From contig OY740821.1 of NCBI GenBank assembly GCA_963514005.1, positions 13,082,001 through 13,146,000 of the forward strand: a DNA stretch of 64,000 bases. The letters are read 5' to 3'. The translations under genes and the position numbers were made by a program. Below the pieces are notes generated by a model, which did not search any database, was not told the DNA's origin, and saw only the letters and a program-made list of their open reading frames with translations. Source of the DNA: Raja brachyura (Eukaryota). Of this stretch, positions 1 through 64,000 are shown one piece after another. How positions within the stretch are numbered: the first letter of the stretch is position 1; every line of letters starts with the position of its first letter.

Positions 1-330
1 TGATGGAATATATTTCCAGGGGCTTTGCGGTGGTATGTTTTTGCAGTATAATAGCACGATAGGATGGGGATCTCGTGTATTAAGCAGTGGGATTTGATAC
101 TGAGACTCTATCCCACTGGAAAGGGATCTGATAGCATTGGAGGGGGAGGGGGGATTTGGAAGTAATGAAGTAAAGGTCCCAGGATTGAGTCACTTTAGGC
201 AGGAGAGGATTGTAAAGTCTGAAAGGTAAGGGAATAGTGATAGGGTCTGTACTAGTAATGGGAGAGATATCTTTACTGCTGGCCTCATATACCTCTGGCA
301 CATGCAAGTTCCTCAACTATCATGAGCAAA

Positions 331-420
331 ACACAAAGAGCTGGGTGAACTCAGCTTGTCACACAGCATCTGGGGAGGGAATGGACAGGCAAAATTTTGG
401 GTTGAGACCCTTCTTTGGAC
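331..420 (-). mobile_element. Degenerate Penelope-like 3' tail fragment
   Basis: Resembles the aactcagc...agcatct...gagacccttctt repeat found throughout the window. Confidence 0.6.
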
Positions 421-2102
421 CTCCATTATCATGTAACGTCGGTGTCAGGCTGACTTAGCTGGTATCACTCTGACCCACAAACCAAGAGATTATGGGCTCA
501 GGATCAGCTGGAGTTTGACTTCAGTGCAATACTGGTTGTGAGAAATTGTGCTCAAAACAATCCTTAGCTCTCTACCTTACTCTGTAACAAGAATGCATAA
601 TGATTTATAACAGGCTACTGGAGCACTCTGCTCAGGGTCATTGTCAAGGCTTGCAAATAAAGAATGACTATTTGAGAGAAGACCAAATCTGTTGGAACCA
701 AATCCTCACATAGGAGGAAAAACTCATGGGAGGTATTTGAGGAACATCAAAGCAAATATGTTGCCTCATTTCCTAAGGCTTTGCTGGCCAAAGTAGGTTT
801 CCTGTGCATTTTGCATCATGAACCAGCCCTCTCCCATTGACAGCCTTGTTCAGCCCTGTTTTAGCACAATACAGAACAGCCTGTTCTGAACGTCATACAC
901 CAGAACAAAAGAGGTGATATCTCTTTAATACTTTGTTGTATTTTCTACATCCCTCGCACTGTGCAGACAGATTTGCCTGTTATGCCTGAAACATCTTTAT
1001 GTCCATGAACTCTATTAAAACTATACAATTTGCAGATATTTTCAAATGTTAGATATAGAAATATCAGTCATTCTGTTGGTATGTAGAAATGAAACAGATT
1101 AATTTATAGCTATCCTTTTTCTATTTCTAATCACAACCTGACATATTCGGATATGATGGCAGAAAATTCAGCTTTCTTTATGGAATTTTTCCAATTTCAC
1201 AAGAGCTGTTTATCACCAGAGGTTACGCAGAGACAGAAGACAACAAAATAAGAAATACGAAAAGCCTCCAACCATTTAAAAAGTAGCACTGGGAGAAATC
1301 TTCCAGGTAAGTTGATCATAGAGAAAGGACCAGGAAAGGGGTAAAATGATGAAATAGGAAAGTAACAGCATCCCCTCCAATTTCCTTCCTTTATTTAATC
1401 GGAGGCGTTAATTCATTTTAAACGAAGATGGAGAAAGCAATTCCAACCATATTCATTAAACATTAACATACTGTTAATACATGCATAACTTCCACTGAGA
1501 CAGAGAATATCAGTGTCTAATCAGCAATATTGTTACTCTTAACCTGATTCAAACAATTAGGGTTTCAATACAATCATTAATAGTGAGCTATTCAGACTAC
1601 GGAGATGATTCTGATATTCAATTAGGTCATGGTTTGTAGCTCAGTTCTATTTACCTACCTTTAATTCATGTTCCTGGATATTCTTATCAAACAACAACAA
1701 CAAAAATCAAATCTCAGGTGCTGGAAATGTCAAAGATCCCTCGGCACCACCCCCCACGCAGTCGTTTGTGGGTCTTTTCACTGACCTTTGTGCGAAGAAT
1801 TATTTTCCAATTCACCCCTGAACGCTCCAGTTCTAAATCCTCCACCAGAGGAAATATAGTGTCTAGGCATGTACCCTCACTAATCCCTTTACCGAGAACA
1901 CATCGATTTGATCACTTCTCCAACACAAGGGTTAAAGGGGAAGCTTAATCTGTGTTGTGATGATGTTCCTGCTGTGCAAAACATTCTTATTCTTAACAGT
2001 TAAGCGAAGACAAGCGAAAGTAAAAACATTATGGTTTTCTTGTTGATCAAAACTTTCAGCTCTATCTCACAAGATGAGTGCAGATTTTTTTTTACACAAA
2101 TA

Positions 2103-2114
2103 TTTATTTTTATT
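2103..2114 (-). terminator. Candidate tandem AATAAA polyadenylation signals for a long ERBB3 3'UTR
   Basis: Plus-strand tttatttttatt gives two AATAAA on the minus strand in AT-rich sequence. Other candidates exist near 2350, 2555, 5252 and 5400. Confidence 0.3.
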
Positions 2115-3084
2115 TTACACAAGGGGCTGTACAGCTTCCAACCAGTTCCCCGAGATTCCGTAAAAACAGCACTAAGTACAATAGCAATTAAGAAACTAAA
2201 CAAGAAGCGACATATACTCGTCTCCCATATTTTACACTACAATCATCTTTGTATTTAATACTCAGCAAGTCTTCGGTCACAAACTCATACTGTGTAAAAC
2301 ATAATCACATTAATCCTGATAAATCTTTAAAAAATAGAAAATTAAAAGTTTTATTTTACCACGGTTTTCTTCATTCCAGTCAACATAATATATTAAGCAC
2401 TGTAGTGCCAGAAAATGAAAATATGTCAGTCCTGTAGGTATTAGAATTTGAGTACTTCAAGAGACGATTGGTTTGAAGTAATCACAGGGTTAATTGTACA
2501 TGAAATAACCCTCTGAAACTTGTTACAGTCCTCAAGCAGCAACAAAGGCACTCTTTTATTAAATAAAATAGTTTCCCCTTTTCCATTGTAACCCCCTCAG
2601 AAGGCACAGCCAGTCTTGGGGCACAGATTCAGTTGCCCTTCATTCAGCTTTTCTTCATGTGAGAGTCCAGGAAATATCAGTGGGTTGATTGGTGTACATA
2701 CAGATTCCAAGCAGTAGTAACATCCCTGAAAATGTGCACTAAAATGGCACTGTGCAAAGACCTGTGTGAGTTTTGTGTGCGCTCCCCAGGCAGCGATATT
2801 CTATCACACATCGTAGAATAGGCTTTTCACTAGGAAAGTCATACAAAGGCCCTTCCACTGCAAACTCTCAATTATGCAGAGTGGACATGACGCAGGAAGC
2901 AAGTCGGACGACAGGTGGTGGGAGAGGTTCAGCAGGCTAGGACAACTTAAAGGTGGGCATGTTCAGAGGCAGGGTTCGATCAGAGTCGCTGTACTGAGCA
3001 CAGGCCCCAAGGGTCTTTGGTGGGAAGGCAGCAATCACTGAAGAAAGTGCACCAATCTGGAAGGTGGATACTTTAGACTCCAAT

Positions 3085-3600
3085 GTATAAGACATTGGTG
3101 AGGCCATGTTTACAATATTATGTTCAGTTTTCCTACACCAGGCTGTAGGAAAGATGTCGTCAAGCTGCAAAGGGTGCAGAGAAGATTTATGAGGATGTTG
3201 CCAGGACTCAAGGGCCTGAGCAATAGGGAGAGGTTGAGCAGGCAAGGACTTTTATTCCTAGGAGCGCTGGAGGATGATGGGTGATCTTATAGAGATGTAC
3301 AAAATCATAAGAGGAATAGATCGGGTAAATGCAGTCTTTTACCCAGAGTAGGGGAATCAAGAACCAGAGGATATAGGTTTAAGGTGAAGGGGGAGAGATT
3401 TAATAGGAACCCGAGGGGTGACTTAAATTTTTTTTTTTTTAATAAACACAAAGGTTGGTAGTGGTATGGAAGGAGCTGTGGAGGAGGTAGTTGAGGCAGG
3501 TACTATCGCAACATTTAAGAAACATTCAGACGGGTACATGGATAGAATAGGTTTAGAGGGATATGCAGGCAGGTGGGACTAGTGAAGATGGGGCATTGTA
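3085..3600 (+). mobile_element. CR1-type LINE 3' fragment
   Basis: gttcagtttt...gggtgcagagaagattt..aggatgttgccagga and ggtgatcttatagag: CR1 RT C-terminal sequence. Confidence 0.8.
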
Positions 3601-3659
3601 TGATTCTATGACCATCTAGAGGCAGCTGGATAAGGCTAGGCTTGGGTTGATTGAAAGAT

Positions 3660-3935
3660 ACAGTATGATAACAGGCCCTTCGGCCCACCAAGTTCATGAT
3701 GACCATTGGCACTAGTTCCATGTTATCCCACTAATGCATTCACGCCTTACACGAGGGGCAATTTTGAAGAGGCCAATTAACCTACAAACCCGCACGACTG
3801 AGGTGTGGGAGGAAACCGGAGCACCCAGGGGAAACTCACACAAGTTACCAGGAGAATGTGCAATACGAGAAGTCAGAATCAAACCCGGCTCTCTGGTGAT
3901 GTGAGGCAGCAGCTCTTCAGCTGTGCCACTGTGCC
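3660..3935 (-). mobile_element. V-SINE (HE1-like tRNA-derived SINE)
   Basis: gtgggaggaaaccggagcacccagggg V-domain core in reverse orientation. Confidence 0.8.
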
Positions 3936-6003
3936 GCTTAAAATTGAAGAATGCCTTCACCCTCCATTTAAGACCTGCTTCAGTGAGTGAGGCTTGCACA
4001 GTATCATTTTGGGTTTGCACACTTTTATACAGTGCAGGGCACAAAAATGTTGCATTATGCAAAAGATTTTCTAGGCCACATGACTTGCATATATATATAT
4101 CAGTATATATATCTGTCCTCAGACAATAAAACAAAAAGAGGTTTGAGCAAGGTGCTGAGGACTTCAAGTTCCTGTGAACCTGATCGCTAAACCAACAGTG
4201 AGCATTTTTAGGAGAATGGGAGAAGAAATGGTTAACAAAAGATGTTTGCTCCTCAAACAGTTTGGTGAATAAAACCACAAATGTCATGAAGATCACAAGA
4301 GCTAAATCTGAATAAGTTGATCTCAGCCAAAGCACTAGGAGCCCTGGGTTGGCAAGTGGAGAAGTACACGCGCCAGATTTATCAGTGCTTATTCCATTGT
4401 GACAAGCCCTTCCTGCCACCCTGCTCCCCACCCACCTCCAACCATGCTGGTAAAAGTATGCAAGACACACGGCAAGAAAAGAATAAGCTGTTGGTCCATA
4501 AACAATAACCCCCTTTTTCATACAAAGAATGGTCATTAGTGTGTATACCAGAGGAAATCATATCCCATAAGCCTTAACAAAAAGGGATAAATATATATAC
4601 ACACACATATAAAAATGATATCAAAGACGAATAGATAGGTACCAAATTTGATCACTTTTCATTTGATCAGGGAATCTGCATCAAGTAACACCAAAAGGAG
4701 TCTGACATTATTTGGCTCATAAACTCTTCACTGCTGCTTCATTTGAAAAAGGCAAAAAAAAAAAATACAGTATAGCAACTAATTCACAAAATTCTACAAA
4801 TACCCACGATAGGTCCTTGGATCAATGCCTTGTGATCTTTTGTACTCTTCAGAGTTAATTAATCAAAGTACTGATCACACATTATTATGTTCAAGTATCT
4901 TGGCTCGGCATTTATATACAGATAAAACAAATAATTTCTCTCACTATTCTTCCTCCTGGTATGAGTTGCAACAATAAAGGATGATTTGCTTGGTGGTGGG
5001 ATGGGGAGTTGAAGGTAGTGAAGCCATTGCACAATATGATGTCATGATGGCTTCTCGTAATGAGTCACTTAGAAACACTGCTCAAATAGAACATAACTGA
5101 AGGAGCAAATTTATACATGAACTTCAACTTACAAAAGAATGCCCAAATCTATTGTCATATTTTACAGATCAAAGTAAGCAATTGAAGATAAGGATTTAAG
5201 CTTCTTCCTACCCATGATGTACCACAGAGTGCTGTCTCAATGTTCCAGGTATTTATTTTGTGGTCACTCAGGCTAATGTTTGGTTCATCGATATACAAAG
5301 CACCAAAGCTCTCAGCAAATCTGGCAAAATAATCATTCCTTCTGGATTTCACGGACCCACATCTCCTTTCTCTTTTAGTGTCCTTTACTTTCAGAATATT
5401 TTATTGTGATGATTGCATAACTTGACTGAAAACATACTGCTCTTCCCAGCTTTGCATGGCTTATGGAAAGGCTCAGCCTGACTGGTAGTTAGTTTGACTC
5501 GGTCTAACCTACCTAACCGGTAGTTCAGCAAAGCCATGACTGGAGACTAGCGTGAAGGGAGAGTTCCTTCTTTCTCTACCACTTCCCTCAATAATTTTTG
5601 AGCATGGATTATATTTCCCTCCATCCCAGAACTGATGTTTTTCTCTCCCCCACCTACATATGGTCGTGCCTCAGCCAAGTTATTTTAACAACCTCGTGAA
5701 AGATGGTGGTAATCAAAGATTTTGAGAAATTATATTTCAGGTCAGAGCATTTAAAAAATATTTTAAAAAACAATTCCACAAGTAATTACAGAAATAAGAA
5801 TATTGATGCCCAATTTCTAGGCATTAACCTCTTATCACAATCCTTTAGCTGCCTTAAAAACCAAATTGTTGCCTTTCACCACTGAACCAGATTAACAGGC
5901 CAATCAATGCTAATTCAGGCCTCTCAATCTTCAAGTGTCTCAAAGAGCAAATATTATGAATGGAAAATAAAATTATACTTCATTCTGCCCACTTGATTAC
6001 ACT

Positions 6004-6594
6004 ATTTGGTGCAATTACCCCCTTGTGCTACAAAGTTCTCTTTGTTCATTAACAGTGACCAGTGGCAATTCTCCAGCTGTATAATAAGCAATGTACCATT
6101 GGAATCAATAGTCCAAAGATGTAGTCCGTAAAAGGCAATGGTTTTTGCACTCCCAGTTTTTTTGTTTTGCCCAGTCTGCCTCCTTCCCAAATATCTGACA
6201 GGTGCAATATTAAAACTGCATGTGCTGCAAGGGACAGTACCATTGCCTGGTTATTATCAACGACCAGGGGATACTTCCATTTGAGAGACCGAGGTTCCTC
6301 TTGCTTTGAAGGAACAGCGTCAAACAGTTTCTGCTGGAAAGGCACGGCATTAAACCACCCCTCCCTCCTTTATACTGGACATCAACAGCAGGAGATTGGA
6401 GTGTTACATTCTGTGTGTGTGTATTTATCATGACTCTTGGATACAAATTGGATGACACACACACACATACAAAGGCATTAGTAAACCAGTCATTTCCTCT
6501 AGTTAGATTGTCAGTCTTCTGACTATGAGATCAAGAGTCACACATTCTCACCGTATCCCCACCCTCCCCTCACCTTCCAAAGTTCAAATATAAA
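6004..6594. repeat. Inverted duplication, copy A (proximal ERBB3 3'UTR)
   Basis: Reverse complement of 10561-11149; the 88-aa and 98-aa ORFs are identical on opposite strands. Confidence 0.97.
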
Positions 6595-6650
6595 CCCTTT
6601 GCTTGTTGTTGAGTTGCCAGGTATCTAGATAGAACCCTGAAGGTGATCCT

Positions 6651-60327
<53,677 letters not shown>

Positions 60328-61289
60328 CTGGACAAAACATAAACAAATTTATTTAGCAAAGTGGAGTTTCAGCTCGCTCATCAGTTAATAAGCTGCTCAG
60401 TATGGCCATTTTGTTTTAAAATAGAGCCCCCCCATTGCTTATTTTCCCTTCTCTCTCGCCCATCTTAATGCTGCCTAAAGGCACCAGATGTTCTGAACGG
60501 GCTATACAAAACTGTTCACTGTGAATGGTATAAAATTAACAGCAAAAAATACAAAAATAAATACATTCCAAAAGCCACCATGGAAAAATTGTTTTATTCA
60601 TTTTTTTGCACCAATAAAACGCCATGCCATCATTCACTCTGCTTTATAAGAGCACCAAAAATGTCTTTTAAAATACGCCCATGGAATATCACACAAAATA
60701 ATAATTTATCTTGGAATATGTATTTGTTGTTCCGATGACCAATGTATTGGAACCAAAAACTAATACATCCCTTGACTGAAGTTTTCCCAATATGTAATTT
60801 TGACCAACAACAATGAAAACCAACGAAAGTCCCCAAACCGAAGGAAAATTAAAACCAAAATATTCAAGCTTGGCCATACTGTCCCAGACGTGATTACCTG
60901 GAATGTGTTGTAGATAGCAAAAGGCAAGTCTACTTTCCTCTTACCCCCCTCTGCCATCTCTTAACATGACCAATAGGATTAATTACAAATGTTGTATGCA
61001 ATCAGGGTAGTTCTGGGGCTGTTTTACTGAGTGCTAGTTAGAATTCATTAGGAACACTGTGTTCTGTTCTGGGAGTTTCATCTTTAAAAGCATACACAGG
61101 TATTGGAATAAGTCCACCGCTGATTCACCAGGGATTTAGGAACAATAGACTCAAGTCTGTTCTACCATTCAGTGAAAACGCAGGCAATCCCTCCCCTTCC
61201 TTCAATCTCTTTGGGTAACAAAAACCCAATGACTACAGATTTCATTTTAACTGGACAACTGTCAATTGCTGTTTGGGTTAGAGAATTCT

Positions 61290-61594
61290 CCAATTTCTGT
61301 CCTCTCCACCCCGGAGAGCAGCGAGAGAGGATGTTGCAGAACTCTCGTCGGAGAGAGGAGGAGAGCTTCTTCAAAGTAGACACACCTTAAGGAGATTTCG
61401 TAGTGGAGATTCCTCCTGCTCTCCGAATCTACGTATTAATTGTTCTTTATCACTCTACATCATCGCCTATATCTCTCGTTTCCCTTATCACTAACTAGTC
61501 TGAAGAAGGGTCTCGACCCGAAACGTCACCCATTCCTTCTCTCCAGAGATGCTGCCTATCCTGCTGAGTTACTCCAGCTTTTTGTGTCTATCTT
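61290..61594 (+). mobile_element. PLE 3' tail with an inverted 5' segment; hammerhead core at 61500-61527
   Basis: ctgaagaagggtctcgacccgaaacgtc; 61290-61408 is a reverse-oriented segment shared with 43690-43748. Confidence 0.82.
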
Positions 61595-63214
61595 AAGAAA
61601 TAGTACCACGCTACAGTCTGCTTGAAAACACTGTAAACATCAATCAAAATGCCCCAAGTTGTGACTTGCTGGAAAACCGGGATGTAGGGTCATCCTAAGG
61701 TGAGAGTTGCAGTGGACCAGAAAGGTTTTTTTGGGTTTTGAACCCACAATGTTCTAAATCAGAGATAAGCATGCACAACCCACCGAGCCATAGCTGAAAC
61801 CCATCTCTCACCACAATGCTGCCTAACCTGTTGAGTATTTCCAGCATTATTTTTAAATATCAAATTTTCGACTGTATTCTGAATCTCTAATTTCCTGCGT
61901 GCTTTTTCTCCTCTCTCTGCTGCTTTCCCTCCTCCATTTATTCACACACCTCTATAAAGATTAGCTGTGATTAACAAGCATTCATTATCCTTCCCTTGGA
62001 CAGCATCAGTGCCATTTGTGTCACCCACACAGCCTTAATCCCCACTCAATCACACATCCCCACTGTCCTCTCCTACCTGCCCCTCTTCGGAACTTTTATA
62101 ACACAGTTGTTTTCTCACTTTTCCAGTTCTGATAAAGGGTCATCAATCTGAAATCTCAACTCTCTTTCTCACTCTACATCTGCAGCCTGACTGCTGAGCA
62201 TTTCCAGAATTCTGTTTTTATGTTGGCTGAAACCCATGTCAATCAAGATAAAGACTGAAGAAAATTGGCCAACATGCACACATGTCCCAATAGTGGTTAC
62301 TGAAAAACAGAAACAGGAGATAGCAGGCCCAGCCCACCTCCCCCTCCGACACCAAGCCATGCTAGTCCTTTGTCCAACCTCTACAGCCGTGTCCAGCAGT
62401 GTAGTGGGTTTGGGATAGTTTTCTTAGATGGATGACAGCCAGTGGTTTCCAAAGCACCTCATCTGCTTTGAAACATTTATCATAGGGGTGGAGGAAAAGT
62501 AGGAAATACTTCAATTAAAAGGCTGTCAGGGAGCCACTGAACCATTGCACAAATCTACCTGAAAAATCAGCAACTAGAATGAACCTGCCTCTTGGCACGA
62601 AGCACCTCTTATTCCTATAAAGAAACAATCAAACTATGTGTTGGGCTATGAATAGTGTCTCCATACATACATGCAAAAGACCAAATACTGACAGCCGAGT
62701 GCCTTGGCTTTTTTTGCAAATTCCCTGAAGAGAATTAGAGGCAATTAAATATTGGAGTAACTCCCAGAGCAGACAGGATGCAGCATGGAATCCTTTTGAT
62801 CAACATGTTTCAGAAACCATTAAAACTTTTGAGCTGAATCTGAATATTGGAAGTGTGCAGGATTTACTCTGATTTCTATAAGGTGTTCAAAGCAAAATTG
62901 TCATGCCAAATAGCTGCTCCGAGAGAAGGGATTTGTGTCAATTATGGGGCACGGGTGCAGAGGAAAGGTCAAAATTATGAAGGATCAAAACAGAGTGGAG
63001 AAAATAAAAAGTTGCCATTTGGCAGAAGGGTTGAGTATCAGTTGGATATCATTACTTGAAAGGGCAGTTGAAGCAGATTACCTTCCAAAATGAAACTGGG
63101 TAGATACTTAACCCGAGAGAACAGAATGTTACGAGGGAAAGAGTTGGAGAATGAGACTGACTTGCCGACATGCAGTGCAGAGTCATTGGGCAAAATAGCT
63201 TCTTCCTGCGCTAT

Positions 63215-63880
63215 CCCTCCTTAACTCCCTGGTCAATTCGTCCCTTCCTACCCAAACCACCCCCGCCCCTGGTACTTTCCCCTGCAACCGTAGAAAATGC
63301 TACACCTGTCGCTTTACCTCCCCCCTCGACTCCATCCAAGGACCCAATCAGTCTTTCCAGGTGAGGCAGCACCTCCTCCAACCTCATCTACTGCATCCGT
63401 TGTTCCTGGTGTCAACTTCTCTACATCGGCGAGGCCAAGCGCAGGCTCGGCGATCGCTTCGCCCAACACCTCCGCTCAGTTCGTACAAACCAACCTGATC
63501 TCCCGATTGCTCAGCACTTAAATTCCCCGTCCCATTCCCAATCTGACTTTCCTGTCCTGGGCATCCTCCATTGCCAGAGTGAGGCCCAGTGCTAATTGGA
63601 GGAACAGCACCTCATATTTCGCTTGGGTAGTTTACACCCAGCGGTATGAACATTGACTTCTCTAATTTTAGATAATCCTTGCTTTCTCCCTCCTTCCCCT
63701 CCCCTTTCCCAGCTCTCCCAAAAAGCCTACTGTCTCCGCCTCTTCCTTTATTTTTCCTGCCCCCCCTCCCCCCCGGGGACATAAGTCATAAGTCTGAAGA
63801 AGGGTCTCGACCCGAAACGTCGCCTATTCCTTCTCCCCATAGATGCTGCCTCACCCGCTGAGTTTCTCCAGCACTTTTTG
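63215..63880 (+). mobile_element. Penelope-like element 3' part: Cys-rich linker + GIY-YIG endonuclease + hammerhead-bearing tail
   Basis: GTFPCNRRKCYTC...NLIYCIRCSWCQLLYIGEAKRRLGDRFAQHL...LEEQHLIFRLGSL with frameshifts/stop; core at 63794-63821; imperfect 14-bp TSD tcttcctg(c/t)gc(t/a)at. Confidence 0.92.
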
Positions 63881-64000
63881 TCTTCCTGTGCAATGTATTT
63901 TGAGGTAGGAGGAACGAGTATGTGCTGAGTGGCAACAAAATTATTTGCTTTGGACTGTGAGCCCAGAACTAGAGGCATAAAATGAAGCCTATCTCGACTA

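Noticed and set aside
3712-4536. 274-aa ORF
   Set aside because: It runs into a V-SINE, has no domain similarity and lies in probable 3'UTR or downstream sequence.

Overview
Vertebrate genomic DNA. The repeat content (HE1-type V-SINEs, DeuSINEs, CR1, Penelope-like elements) points to a cartilaginous fish. Almost the whole window is one minus-strand gene, an ERBB3/HER3 orthologue. Exons 2-28 were reconstructed by hand with GT-AG boundaries and consistent phases (CDS 60327 to stop 6651; exon 1 lies beyond the window end). Introns are full of CR1, Rex1/Babar, SINE, hAT-MITE and Penelope-like (PLE) remnants. Main observations: (1) a hidden 45-bp exon (26762-26806) lies 68 nt upstream of the 72-bp stalk exon, reproducing the ERBB4 JM-b/JM-a alternative exon pair in an ERBB3 gene; (2) the pseudokinase has HRN but keeps the alphaC Glu and VAIK; (3) a near-identical ~590-bp inverted copy of the proximal 3'UTR sits in intron 25; (4) many short PLE-tail insertions carry minimal hammerhead-ribozyme cores, 13-16-bp target duplications and hairpin structures. 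Repeat boundaries are approximate and family names come from recognition, not from database searches.
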